In this document: in pieces, positions 51,486-62,342 of the stretch
How positions within the stretch are numbered: the first letter of the stretch is position 1
Layout of the letters: each line of letters opens with the position of its first letter
NCBI GenBank assembly: GCA_963811105.1
Contig: CAWEPZ010000013.1
Location: 168,686-232,685, forward strand
Origin: Candidatus Bathyarchaeota archaeon
GTDB lineage: Archaea > Thermoproteota > Bathyarchaeia > Bathyarchaeales > Bathycorpusculaceae
Direction of reading: 5' to 3'
Length of the DNA stretch: 64,000 nucleotides
The notes under the pieces: generated by a model
Seen by the model: the letters and a program-made list of their open reading frames with translations, nothing else
What the model was told of the DNA's origin: nothing
Database searches by the model: none
Made by a program: the position numbers and the translations under genes

Positions 51486-54400
51486 TCAGGTCATGCCCCA
51501 AACGGTTAGTTGGCTGTTTAGACGTGTTCCGTCATAGAATGTTCCGCCAGTAATGATTTCACTTAAGAAGTCACCGTTCGCATCGGTAATAACGACTGAG
51601 TCGATTGAAGTGTTGTCTGTCCAATACCACGTTTTTACGTTCTCAAACCCTAGCGTTGACCCTGACCAAACTACTAGCTGAGCAACATCTCGCGTGCCAT
51701 CATAGAATTGACCACCTGTCACTACTTCAGCTTGCCCATCACTATCAGGATCGCCTATGGCAACGGAATTGATTGCAGTGTCGCTCATCCAATACCAGGT
51801 AGTCAGTCTATCAACTACTAAGTTGGCTCCGCTCCATTCGACGAGTTGAGCGATATTGCGTGTGCCATCATTGTAGTAGCCGCCGGTAACAACTTCAACC
51901 TTAGTATCGCCGTCAGCGTCACCAATCGCAACTGAATTAATCACCGTGTTACCCATCCAATACCAACACCTTAGTCTATCAACCGTCAAGCTAGCACCAT
52001 TCCACTCTACAAGTTGAGCAACATTACGTAAACCATCGTAGTAGAATCCGCCAGTAACAACTTCGGCTTGACCGTCACTGTCTACGTCGCCTACGGCTAC
52101 AGAATTAATCGCTGTGTCGCCACTCCAATACCAACTCTTGACATTTTCCAGCGACAAAATAGTGCCGTTCCAAACACACAACTCAGCAACATTCCGAGTA
52201 CCATCGTTGTATTGTCCCCCAGAGACAATTTCAACTTGTCCATCGCCATCAACGTCGCCTATCGCTAATGACGTGATAACTGTATCTCCGGTCCAATTCC
52301 ATGTTTTAACGTTCTCCAAAGCTAGGTCAGCACCATTCCAAACGACTAACTGAGCCACTTTGCGTGTACCATCGTAATAGTATCCCCCAGTAACAATTTC
52401 AACTTGACCATCACCATCAACATCACCTAACGCTACTGAGTTAATGGTGGTGTTGCCGGTCCAGTACCAACATTTGACGCACTCTACAGCCAGGTTCGAG
52501 CTGTTCCAAACTACTATTTGGGCTACGTTGCGTAAGCCATCGTTATAGTATCCCGCTGAGATGATTTCGACATGTCCGTCATTGTTAACATCACCTGAAG
52601 CTTCCGAATTGATGATTGTGTATGAATTCCAATACCAAGCTTTAACGTTATTGACAACTACGTCTCCAATAATAGTTATCGCAGTATTGCTAACGTATAG
52701 GTTATTAAAAGTGGAAACTTCGCCGAATACCGGTGACAACTGAGCACTCAAAATATAGTTGCCCTTTGCAAGCAAAGAGGTATTCCACGAGAACTCAACT
52801 GTGCGGTTGGTTTTACCTGGCAAGGTGAAAGTTGATGTGTGAATAACTGTAGAGTTTGCATAAACTAAGAGGGTGAAGTTCTCAGCAAAGTAACCAAAGT
52901 TTGATACTGCAACATAGGTCTTTTGGATAGACCCCAGCGGTATTATCGCATTTGGAGATACGACATTTTCTAATCCGATGTCAGGCTTGCCTATTACGGA
53001 CACAATCGCGTTTGTTCGAGTAGTTTCCGGAACACTTGGAAAATACACGGTTGCATAATTGATAATTTCCGCATAATCAGGCAAATTGTTTTTGGGTTTG
53101 ATAGAGTAGTTGGCGTAACCTCCCTGACTTGGCCCTACTTCACCTACAAACCAGGTTATTGTTCGAGATGATGGATTATAAGTACCTGGTGGGGCAATAA
53201 TAGAGGCATCAGCCGTATCGTAGACTGATCCGATCTGTAAAGTTGAATCATCTAAGTCTGCATCTAATGTGTCTGTAAAGTACACTCCAAAAGCAATTCC
53301 TCCACCTTCGTTCTCAAACTCTACCTTGTATTCTAGTTTTTGGCTCTCTGAGACATAGCCTTGATCACCGTATTTAACGTTAGGATCACGCGCAACGCTA
53401 ATTTGGCTCGTAGCATTATTGGAGCCAAATTTTCCTGAATCCCAATCTTGAGGCATTGGTTGTGGAAAATCAACGTTGAATACGTCGCCCATATGGCCAT
53501 GACCCCCAACTAACATAACATCGTCGTCATATGCAATGAAGTTGGGAGCGATTGGAATGCCAGGTATGTAGTTAGAATTTATGTCTATTCCTTGGTTGAA
53601 ATAAGCCGCCCAGACGAGCTCAGTACAGTACCAACCAAGTAAGTCCCCATTTAAGCGCGGAAGGGGATTATATCCAATGGGCGGTATTGGTAACACGTAA
53701 GGAAGGTTTTTGTGGAGCTCTGCTTCCGCAAAGGCTACTGCTGCGTTGATTTGTGCTTGTGTAGCATCTTTTACCCTAAGAATCCCAACATCAGTTCGAC
53801 GGGGGACATCCCACTTTTCGATAGACTCTTTGATTGGACCGCTATGACCACCCTCATTTAGAACGGAAGAAATCACATAACCGTTACCATCGTAAATTCC
53901 CACATGATCCCAGTAGCCTGGAACCTGCCCACCGTTACTATGTTCTATAAGAATGTCACCCTTTTTGAGTTGCTGTCTCCAATCTGATGTGCTCCCTGAA
54001 GATACAGGCGTTAAATATGATGGAGCTTTCGCTTCAACCAATGATAACGTCTCGGGACTATTTGACGAAGGGGATAGAAGTAATGGGTAAGCTAGAACTG
54101 TAGTCTTCAGAATGGTTCCACTTGCTAATCCCCATTTTGCACGAACAGTGATAGAAAGAGAATTGATGGATTTTGCATTTACATTAGTAATATCCCAGAA
54201 GACGGTATTTACCTCCCAATCGCAATAACCATTTCCCGAACAGGATACGAATTCTACGTATTCAGGCAGCGCAGCTTTAATTTGAGTATTATCGACGGCT
54301 ATTAACCCATCATTCATGTACTCAACTATGTAATTTACTGTTTGACCTGGACTTACCCGTTCAGGTCCCCAAACATTTACTTTAAGATCTGCTTGCGGCG

Positions 54401-57400
54401 GCAGACCTATTTTTATTTTTTCTACACCTATTGACAGAACTCTTGATGGAGAGCTATCATATAGTATTCCAGAAACGACTCCAATAAGTGGTTCATTGAA
54501 AAAACCTTTCATTTCAAATACATTTGGTTGTGCAATATTGTCATAAGTCCATCCTTCACCTGAACCAAAATCGGTAACATAAGAAAGAATTGAGAAACCT
54601 TGACCATAGTAAGGATTAGCTGAACTATTTATGCTGACGTGAGTAGTAGAGACCGTTAGAGGACCATAATAGTACCCTGAAGATTGACCTTGAATTTGAG
54701 TTTGAAGCACATAAAGTCCTGTTGAAGGATAAGCCACGCTTGACCGATAACTCGGTATTCCATCAAGGTTTAGTATTGCATATACTAGGCTTGAGCCAAT
54801 GTGGCTGATCGTACAATTAGCCACAAAGCTGTCGAAAATATTACTACCATTAACAGATTCTGACAAGAACCCCTCAAGGATTCCTTGAAGACCAACTGAC
54901 AAGGTACCTTTTAAACAGGTTTTGTTTTCCCCAGGAACATTGAAAATTATCCCCTGCCAGTCACCCTGATATTGGCTTCCTTCTATTCTTGCATTGTATG
55001 TACCTTTTGAAAAGCCTTCCCCAACGAACGATCCAGAGCTAATCTGGACAATTTCCAAGTTAGTAAAGTTAAGAGACCCGCTCAAATCGCCTGTTACCAA
55101 AGTTTGCAGCGTTGCAGTTTGAACATTAACAGTTTCACCTAGTTCAGCAGTGGTTGATATTACTTCATTCATCGTCGAGAGCGTGCGCGTATAATTAAGA
55201 GTAAAGCTCGCCGTTATCGAATGATTCGCTTGGATTTTATTGAAACGAACAGTCTGATCACCCAATGAAGTAACAGTAATCGAACTACCATCAACAGTTA
55301 TACTCTCAATAAAATAACCACTATCAGGAGCAACAAACTCATAGACATTACTACCCGCATTATAAATTGCAGTAGTCGGACTAATCGAGCCATGCAGACC
55401 CTGAGTCACCGTAACCGTATAATTAATAGTAAAGCTCGCCGTTATCGAATGATTCCCCTGGATGTTGATGAAACTAACAGTCTGACCAATCGGTGAAGTA
55501 ACAGTAAACGGACTACCATCAACAATTATACTCGCAATAAAATAGCCACTATCAGGAACAATACTCTCATACACACTATTACCCGGATCATAATAAGAAG
55601 AAGTACCCGGGCTAATCAAGCCATGCAGACCCTGAGTCACCATAACCGTATAATCCAAAGCAAAAGTAGCAGTAACCGAATGATTCCCCTGGATGTTGAT
55701 GAAACTAACAGTCTGACCCCCCGGTGAAGTAACAGTAAACGGACTACCATCAACAATTATACTCGCAATAAAATAGCCACTATCAGGAACAATACTCTCA
55801 TACACACTATTACCCGGATCATAATAAGAAGAAGTACCCGGGCTAATCAAGCCATGCAGACCCTGAGTCACCATAACCGTATAATCCAAAGCAAAAGTAG
55901 CAGTAACCGAATGATTCCCCTGGATGTTGATGAAACTAACAGTCTGACCCCCCGGTGAAGTAACAGTAAACGGACTACCATCAACAATTATACTCGCAAT
56001 AAAATAGCCACTATCAGGAACAATACTCTCATACACACTATTACCCGGATCATAATAAGAAGAAGTACCCGGGCTAATCAAGCCATGCAGACCCTGAGTC
56101 ACCATAACCGTATAATCCAAAGCAAAAGTAGCAGTAACCGAATGATTCCCCTGGATGTTGATGAAACTAACAGTCTGACCAATCGGTGAAGTAACAGTAA
56201 ACGGACTACCATCAACAATTATACTCGCAATAAAATAGCCACTATCAGGAACAATACTCTCATACACACTATTACCCGGATCATAATAAGAAGAAGTACC
56301 CGGGCTAATCAAGCCATGCAGACCCTGAGTCACCATAACCGTATAATCCAAAGCAAAAGTAGCAGTAACCGAATGATTCCCCTGGATGTTGATGATACTA
56401 ACAGTCTGACCAATCGGTGAAGTAACAGTAAACGGACTACCATCAACAATTATACTCGCAATAAAATAGCCACTATCAGGAACAATACTCTCATACACAT
56501 TACCGCCCGGAGTATAAGAAGCGGTACTCGGACTAATCAAACCATGCAGACCCTGAGTCACCGTAATCACATAATCATGAGCTATCTCATGATCAAGAGT
56601 AAAGCTCGCCGTTATCGAATGATTCCCCTGGACATTATTGAACCAAACACCCTGACCACCCACATAAGCAACAGTAATCGGACTACCATCAACAGTTATA
56701 CTCTCAATAAAATAACCACTATCAGGAGTAACAACCTCATACACATTACTACCCCGCTCATAAGAAGCGGTACCCGGACTAATCAAACCATGCAAACTCT
56801 GAGTCACCATAATCACATAATCACAAGCAAAGCTCGCCGTTATCGAATGATTCCCCTGGACATTATTGAACCAAACACCCTGACCACCCACATAAGCAAC
56901 AGTAATCGGACTACCATCAACAGTTATACTCTCAATAAAATAACCACTATCAGGAGTAACAACCTCATACACATTACTACCCCGCTCATAAGAAGCGGTA
57001 CCCGGACTAATCAAACCATGCAAACTCTGAGTCACCATAATCACATAATCACAAGCAAAGCTCGCCGTTATCGAATGATTCCCCTGGACATTATTGAACC
57101 AAACACCCTGACCACCCACATAAGCAACAGTAATCGGACTACCATCAACAGTTATACTCTCAATAAAATAACCACTATCAGGAGTAACAACCTCATACAC
57201 ATTACTACCCCGCTCATAAGAAGCGGTACCCGGACTAATCAAACCATGCAAACTCTGAGTCACCATAATCACATAATCACAAGCAAAGCTCGCCGTTATC
57301 GAATGATTCCCCTGGACATTATTGAACCAAACACCCTGACCACCCACATAAGCAACAGTAATCGGACTACCATCAACAGTTATACTCTCAATAAAATAAC

Positions 57401-58127
57401 CACTATCAGGAGTAACAACCTCATACACATTACTACCCCGCTCATAAGAAGCGGTACCCGGACTAATCAAACCATGCAAACTCTGAGTCACCATAACCGT
57501 ATAATCCAAAGCAAAAGTAGCAGTAACCGAATGATTCGCGTGGATGTTAGAGAAATGAACAGTCTGACCACCCGGTGAAGTAACAGTAAACGGACTACCA
57601 TCAACAATTATACTCGCAATAAAATAGCCACTATCAGGAACAATACTCTCATAGAGAGTACCGCCCGGAATATAAGAAGCAGTACCCGGGCTAATCAAGC
57701 CATGCACACCCTGAGTCACCAAAACCGTATAATCCAAAGCAGGATCATTATCAAGAGCAAAACTCGCCCTTATCGAATGATTCGCTTGGATGTCACTGAA
57801 ACTAACAGTCTGACCAGCCGGGTTAGTAATAGTAATCGGACTACCATCAACAGTTATACTCTCAATAAAATAGCCACTATCAGGAACAACAAGCTCATTC
57901 ACATAACTACTCGGAATATAAGAAGCAGTACCCGGACTAATCAAACCATGCAGACCCTGAGTCACCGTAATCTCAAAGACATCTGATGATACTCCGTCAT
58001 ATGTTACGCCTACTGCTGGCGCAGTGTAGGCTGCGACGGGTTTAATTAAATTTAAAGAAACAATAACTTGCGTACAAAATAACATGATGATAATTATAGT
58101 GAATAATTTTTTGATTTCTGTTTTCAA
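51486..58127 (-). CDS. 2213-aa secreted protein: 12 InlB-B-like repeats, DUF11-like domain, permuted NlpC/P60 (YiiX/YebB-like), CARDB-like domain, 7-blade propeller
   Basis: Signal peptide; G.ISP...PDSGY.I..I.VDG...NHSI.A.F units; LKKGDIL...HVGIY...YCTELVWAAY; RDPN.K; 7 blades. Confidence 0.85.
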   Translation of the reverse strand: MKTEIKKLFTIIIIMLFCTQVIVSLNLIKPVAAYTAPAVGVTYDGVSSDVFEITVTQGLHGLISPGTASYIPSSYVNELVVPDSGYFIESITVDGSPITITNPAGQTVSFSDIQANHSIRASFALDNDPALDYTVLVTQGVHGLISPGTASYIPGGTLYESIVPDSGYFIASIIVDGSPFTVTSPGGQTVHFSNIHANHSVTATFALDYTVMVTQSLHGLISPGTASYERGSNVYEVVTPDSGYFIESITVDGSPITVAYVGGQGVWFNNVQGNHSITASFACDYVIMVTQSLHGLISPGTASYERGSNVYEVVTPDSGYFIESITVDGSPITVAYVGGQGVWFNNVQGNHSITASFACDYVIMVTQSLHGLISPGTASYERGSNVYEVVTPDSGYFIESITVDGSPITVAYVGGQGVWFNNVQGNHSITASFACDYVIMVTQSLHGLISPGTASYERGSNVYEVVTPDSGYFIESITVDGSPITVAYVGGQGVWFNNVQGNHSITASFTLDHEIAHDYVITVTQGLHGLISPSTASYTPGGNVYESIVPDSGYFIASIIVDGSPFTVTSPIGQTVSIINIQGNHSVTATFALDYTVMVTQGLHGLISPGTSSYYDPGNSVYESIVPDSGYFIASIIVDGSPFTVTSPIGQTVSFINIQGNHSVTATFALDYTVMVTQGLHGLISPGTSSYYDPGNSVYESIVPDSGYFIASIIVDGSPFTVTSPGGQTVSFINIQGNHSVTATFALDYTVMVTQGLHGLISPGTSSYYDPGNSVYESIVPDSGYFIASIIVDGSPFTVTSPGGQTVSFINIQGNHSVTATFALDYTVMVTQGLHGLISPGTSSYYDPGNSVYESIVPDSGYFIASIIVDGSPFTVTSPIGQTVSFINIQGNHSITASFTINYTVTVTQGLHGSISPTTAIYNAGSNVYEFVAPDSGYFIESITVDGSSITVTSLGDQTVRFNKIQANHSITASFTLNYTRTLSTMNEVISTTAELGETVNVQTATLQTLVTGDLSGSLNFTNLEIVQISSGSFVGEGFSKGTYNARIEGSQYQGDWQGIIFNVPGENKTCLKGTLSVGLQGILEGFLSESVNGSNIFDSFVANCTISHIGSSLVYAILNLDGIPSYRSSVAYPSTGLYVLQTQIQGQSSGYYYGPLTVSTTHVSINSSANPYYGQGFSILSYVTDFGSGEGWTYDNIAQPNVFEMKGFFNEPLIGVVSGILYDSSPSRVLSIGVEKIKIGLPPQADLKVNVWGPERVSPGQTVNYIVEYMNDGLIAVDNTQIKAALPEYVEFVSCSGNGYCDWEVNTVFWDITNVNAKSINSLSITVRAKWGLASGTILKTTVLAYPLLLSPSSNSPETLSLVEAKAPSYLTPVSSGSTSDWRQQLKKGDILIEHSNGGQVPGYWDHVGIYDGNGYVISSVLNEGGHSGPIKESIEKWDVPRRTDVGILRVKDATQAQINAAVAFAEAELHKNLPYVLPIPPIGYNPLPRLNGDLLGWYCTELVWAAYFNQGIDINSNYIPGIPIAPNFIAYDDDVMLVGGHGHMGDVFNVDFPQPMPQDWDSGKFGSNNATSQISVARDPNVKYGDQGYVSESQKLEYKVEFENEGGGIAFGVYFTDTLDADLDDSTLQIGSVYDTADASIIAPPGTYNPSSRTITWFVGEVGPSQGGYANYSIKPKNNLPDYAEIINYATVYFPSVPETTRTNAIVSVIGKPDIGLENVVSPNAIIPLGSIQKTYVAVSNFGYFAENFTLLVYANSTVIHTSTFTLPGKTNRTVEFSWNTSLLAKGNYILSAQLSPVFGEVSTFNNLYVSNTAITIIGDVVVNNVKAWYWNSYTIINSEASGDVNNDGHVEIISAGYYNDGLRNVAQIVVWNSSNLAVECVKCWYWTGNTTINSVALGDVDGDGQVEIVTGGYYYDGTRKVAQLVVWNGADLALENVKTWNWTGDTVITSLAIGDVDGDGQVEIVSGGQYNDGTRNVAELCVWNGTILSLENVKSWYWSGDTAINSVAVGDVDSDGQAEVVTGGFYYDGLRNVAQLVEWNGASLTVDRLRCWYWMGNTVINSVAIGDADGDTKVEVVTGGYYNDGTRNIAQLVEWSGANLVVDRLTTWYWMSDTAINSVAIGDPDSDGQAEVVTGGQFYDGTRDVAQLVVWSGSTLGFENVKTWYWTDNTSIDSVVITDANGDFLSEIITGGTFYDGTRLNSQLTVWGMT
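55195..57980. repeat. Twelve tandem 76-77 aa units, including near-perfect 228 bp x4 (~56600-57500) and 231 bp x4 (~55440-56390) blocks
   Basis: Periods read directly: 56601/56829/57057 and 55621/55852. Confidence 0.95.
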
Positions 58128-58267
58128 TGTTAGCGCGCGTTTAACCCGTTTATTTCAAAGTATTATTTAAAACTTCTGTAAATATCTTCTATACAAAATT
58201 AATACGCTCAAAATAGTAATCCTCTGATACTTTTTCTAACAAAAAATGAAAAAAAAGAAATGTCTTC

Positions 58268-58549
58268 TTAGCTTGTTAGATTAGCTTGCAAGGTTGGCGG
58301 GGAAGGTGTTGAGCCTTCAATTGCACTCCAACCAGAAAACACGCCCGAATCAAGATTTAAGCTGCCATGCCACACAATAACACCAGATTCCCCACGAACA
58401 ACCACTTGCAATTTGCCACCAGCAAAACAAGCAGCAGGATGACTACCCGTAGAACCATCAGGAACAACAAGCCAACCACTCCACGTTCTAGAATCCAAAT
58501 CATAGAGCTTATAGTAAATCAGGTTATTACTGCCACGAACAACCAACAC
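58268..58549 (-). pseudogene. Orphan C-terminal fragment of a different (PLL/fucose-lectin-like) propeller
   Basis: LVVRG....Y......WSGW...G.T...PA repeated twice; no start or signal peptide. Confidence 0.6.
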
Positions 58550-58726
58550 TTAAAGAGACGAGAAAAAGAATCAGTTTTTGAGAGACATCACACCATAACG
58601 CTAACTTTGGATCTTTTGAGAAATAAAGCTAAAGAATTGCCAGAATAACCTCGCCCTTTTATTCGAGCGAATTTCCATAAAAAGGGGGAATTAGATGATT
58701 AATTGTGTTTTTTGCACCTTTTGACC

Positions 58727-61700
58727 TTAGATCATGCCCCAAATGGTTAGTTGGCTGTTTAAGCGTGTTCCATCATTGAATGCTCCGCCCGTGATTATCT
58801 CATTTGAAAAGTCATTGTTTACATCACCCACGGCTATTGAGTTGATTGTGGTGTTGCTTGTCCAATACCATGTTTTGATGTTTTCAGCTACTAAACTTGA
58901 ACCGGACCAGATTATCAACTGAGCTATGTTGCGTACGCCATCGCTGTAATATCCGCCTGTAACAACCTCTGTTTGCCCAACACCATCAACATCACCTATT
59001 GCAACAGAGTTTATGGCAGTATTGCTTGTCCAGTACCATCCTGTTAGTCGATCAACTGCCAAGTTTGCTCCGTTCCATTCGATAAGTTGTGCATTGTTGC
59101 GTGTGCCGTCGTTGAAGTATCCGCCAGTAATAACCTCTACCTGACCATCTCCATCAACATCTCCCAGAGCTACCGAATTGACAACCGTATTGCTGGTCCA
59201 ATACCAAGTCGTAAGCCTATCAACCGCAAGATTAGCACCATTCCACTCAATTAGCTGAGCTACATTTCGTGCACCATCGTTGAAGTACCCGCCTGTAACA
59301 ACCTCGACTTGAGAGTCGTTATCAACATCGCGAAGTGCTACTGAATTTATGACCGTATTGCTGGTCCAATACCAAGTCGTAAGCCTATCAACCGCAAGAT
59401 TAGCACCATTCCACTCAATTAGCTGAGCTACATTTCGTGCACCATCGTTGAAGTACCCGCCTGTAACAATTTCCACTTGACCATCACCATCAACATTGGC
59501 TATTGCTACTGAATTAATTACGGTGTTTCCTGTCCAGTACCAGGTAGTGAGTCTTTCAACTGCGAGGGTGGCGCCGTTCCAAACTATGAGTTGAGCTACG
59601 TTACGTACGCCATCATTGAAGAATCCGCCAGTAACAATTTCGGTTTGATTGTCGCCATCTACGTCTCCCAAAGCTACTGAGTTGATTGTGGTGTTGCCGG
59701 TCCAGTACCAACCTGTGAGCCGATCAACTGCCAGATTTGAGCTATTCCAAACAACTAGCTGTGCTACGGTGCGTGTACCATCAAAGAAGTATCCGCCTGT
59801 AACAATCTCTTTGAATCCATCGTTGTCAACATCGCTCGAAGCCACCGAATTAATCACAGTGTTACTGGTCCAGTACCATGATGTGAGCTCCTTGATAGTG
59901 AGTTGAGGAGCTGAGGAGTTAAAGATGGCGGTTAAGGTGCCTGTTCCTGTCACGGTTAAATTAGTAGGGCTAATAGACGAGTTGGCAACAGAGAGACCAC
60001 CAGTCACGCTCCATCTCCCAAAAATATATCCAGAAGGAACATTTGCTCTGACACTAAATTGGTTAGAATACTCTGGAGGAAGATTAGTTTCCCACCTGAT
60101 TTGGCCATTAGTATAATTGCTGCTGCTGCCATACTGAATTGACCCAACGCTTGAAGGATTCGTATAGAAAGTAATTTGCGCAGAGAAAACAGCCTTCAAC
60201 CACCCAGTCCCCCTTATCTGAACAGTAGCTGGGTTAGCATTAATGTTGGGAACGTAAACACCACTCCCAGACAAACCACTATACTCCCAATGATGAAAAA
60301 CATAACCAGAAGGAGCATTTGCAGTAGCATTATAATCAGCAGAAGCGTAGCCCCCAGTTTGACCGTTAGAATACGTGGTGCTGCCGAATTTGATGGTTCC
60401 AAGTGAACCGACAAAACTCGTAGGATTCGTGTTAAACGTGATTGTCGGCAGACTTGACTGAACAATGAGCTGATAAGAAGTTTTGTAAGCGATGTTATTG
60501 GTTTTGTCGAACTCAGAGACAGCGTTTGTGCTGTCTATGATCCAGCCTATCCAATATGCGCCTGGTGATACATTTGCTGGAAATATGCCTTGCCAAAAGG
60601 AATCTGCGTATCCAAGAGGCGAAATTGAAGAGATAAGTTGCGTTCCAATAAGGTAGTCGCTTGAAGTGATAATTTTATCAGTAGAAGCATAATACGATAC
60701 ATAAAAATTGTTTGCGGCGCTTGTGCCGAAGTTGCGAACATCACATGTAACATAGAAATTCGTAGTGCCAGCCACAACTGTTGTTGGACTAAAACTTGAA
60801 AACGTTTGGCCATCATCGGTTAGATCAGCCATATCTGTGGGAACAGCGTCTGAAGCAAGCCATGTGTTAATGCGATCGAATTTGTCCTGATTCAGGCGAG
60901 TGCCATGATTGCTGCTTGAGCCATCGTCGCTATATGCGTGAACAGTAATGATATAGCTACTTGTACCGTCATTATACCAAACTGGAGAGCCGCTCTGTCC
61001 CCCATAGGTGTCCATGTAATACCAGTGATTATACTCGTCAGCTGTGCGTCCATTGTTAGAATCAGTGTACATACGATAACCGCTGTCTAAGTCTCCAGGA
61101 TAACCCGCTGTTCTTAGTACTCCAGTATAGATTGAACTCCCTGAAGAAGCTGTCATTCGACCCATCCAGCCAGTGTAGTCCCCTATGCACCGGTCCAAAG
61201 TGCATACTGCCCAATCGTGTTGGTGGTTCTGGTCAACTGTCCAACCAGTATAGCTTCGCATGTAGGTAACCCATGAGTGGTAGTAAGGCATCTGTTGATA
61301 CAGCTGGGCTTGGTAATCGTCGAAACCAGGAATCACTTCCATGGAGCTAATCCAGCCTCCATGATCACTCATGTAAACCATGTGACCCGCCGTTAAAAGA
61401 TGATAACCGTGTCCTGCCTGACCAGGTCCAATAATACATCCAGAACCCATCCACTGGGTTCCATCTGCAGCAGTGACGTACAACTTGCATATTGTTCTCC
61501 AGGGAAGGCTCATCGTCCTAGAATATGTAACCACTGAACGGCCATCTGGCAGAAAAACTGTTTCCGGACTCGTTTGTTGCAACAGCCCCTCGTATGGCGT
61601 GGTAGAGCTTGCTCCTAGCTCAACTGAAAGTTGCGAAGAATCAGTACTGGGGATAACAGTCTCTTCTCTTTTCAAAACATCAAAGCCCGCCATCGCTAAA

Positions 61701-61924
61701 GGATCTTCTGACTCTTTGAGAACCGCATGTGGCTCTGGTGGAACATATGGTTTGTAGTTGGCTCTATCCGATGGGAAAAGCTGAGTCGATTGATCAACCG
61801 ATTCTGAAGTGTAGATGTTGGCGCCAGCATTTTTTCCTGTTACGGTAACTGAAACTGTCTGTAGACCTATTTGTAAAACCAAAATAGAGATTAGAAGTAA
61901 AACTGCTAACGGGGCTATTTTCAA
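58727..61924 (-). CDS. Secreted V8-like glutamyl endopeptidase (S1B) with CARDB/Ig-like domains and 7-blade propeller
   Basis: TAGH (His), HDWA (Asp), DTYGGQSGSP (Ser), TVHAY S1 His; propeptide; 7 blades ending QLTIWGMI. Confidence 0.9.
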   Translation of the reverse strand: MKIAPLAVLLLISILVLQIGLQTVSVTVTGKNAGANIYTSESVDQSTQLFPSDRANYKPYVPPEPHAVLKESEDPLAMAGFDVLKREETVIPSTDSSQLSVELGASSTTPYEGLLQQTSPETVFLPDGRSVVTYSRTMSLPWRTICKLYVTAADGTQWMGSGCIIGPGQAGHGYHLLTAGHMVYMSDHGGWISSMEVIPGFDDYQAQLYQQMPYYHSWVTYMRSYTGWTVDQNHQHDWAVCTLDRCIGDYTGWMGRMTASSGSSIYTGVLRTAGYPGDLDSGYRMYTDSNNGRTADEYNHWYYMDTYGGQSGSPVWYNDGTSSYIITVHAYSDDGSSSNHGTRLNQDKFDRINTWLASDAVPTDMADLTDDGQTFSSFSPTTVVAGTTNFYVTCDVRNFGTSAANNFYVSYYASTDKIITSSDYLIGTQLISSISPLGYADSFWQGIFPANVSPGAYWIGWIIDSTNAVSEFDKTNNIAYKTSYQLIVQSSLPTITFNTNPTSFVGSLGTIKFGSTTYSNGQTGGYASADYNATANAPSGYVFHHWEYSGLSGSGVYVPNINANPATVQIRGTGWLKAVFSAQITFYTNPSSVGSIQYGSSSNYTNGQIRWETNLPPEYSNQFSVRANVPSGYIFGRWSVTGGLSVANSSISPTNLTVTGTGTLTAIFNSSAPQLTIKELTSWYWTSNTVINSVASSDVDNDGFKEIVTGGYFFDGTRTVAQLVVWNSSNLAVDRLTGWYWTGNTTINSVALGDVDGDNQTEIVTGGFFNDGVRNVAQLIVWNGATLAVERLTTWYWTGNTVINSVAIANVDGDGQVEIVTGGYFNDGARNVAQLIEWNGANLAVDRLTTWYWTSNTVINSVALRDVDNDSQVEVVTGGYFNDGARNVAQLIEWNGANLAVDRLTTWYWTSNTVVNSVALGDVDGDGQVEVITGGYFNDGTRNNAQLIEWNGANLAVDRLTGWYWTSNTAINSVAIGDVDGVGQTEVVTGGYYSDGVRNIAQLIIWSGSSLVAENIKTWYWTSNTTINSIAVGDVNNDFSNEIITGGAFNDGTRLNSQLTIWGMI

Positions 61925-62342
61925 TGTGGCTTACCTCTTGAATTTGTCCTTTCCTATTGAGGAGAGACTTAGCGGTTTTTTGCCGCATGCAACCTGTTTG
62001 AGAGGGTTTGGGTTTGCTTGCGATTTGCGTGAATGGAATAGCCTATGGTCAGGTTGCATCTGTTTCTTCTCTCACTTCATTTTCCGTTCGTATATTTCGT
62101 TTTTAAAACTTTCTAACATGGATATCAGACGATTCACTACAGATTGTTGATTGCATGAAATCAGCAATTTCGGCGAAGAAGGTTAAGATTAAAAGAAATG
62201 CGCATATCTTCAGAATATTTTAGTTCCCCAAAGAAACCACCATTTCTCCAAAACAATACATTAGACTGAAATTTTTCTAAATTTTGCGTAAATCATATAT
62301 CTGCTACCACACAACAGTGAATAATCGAAGTCGATTCCAAAT

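Noticed and set aside
56544-57578. 344-aa plus-strand ORF, and similar antisense ORFs at 47488-48399, 26486, 10982 and 35717
   Set aside because: Shadows of well-supported opposite-strand genes; the repetition simply mirrors the tandem repeats.
55195-57980. CRISPR array
   Set aside because: Repeats are 228-231 bp in-frame coding units without unique spacers, and there are no cas genes.
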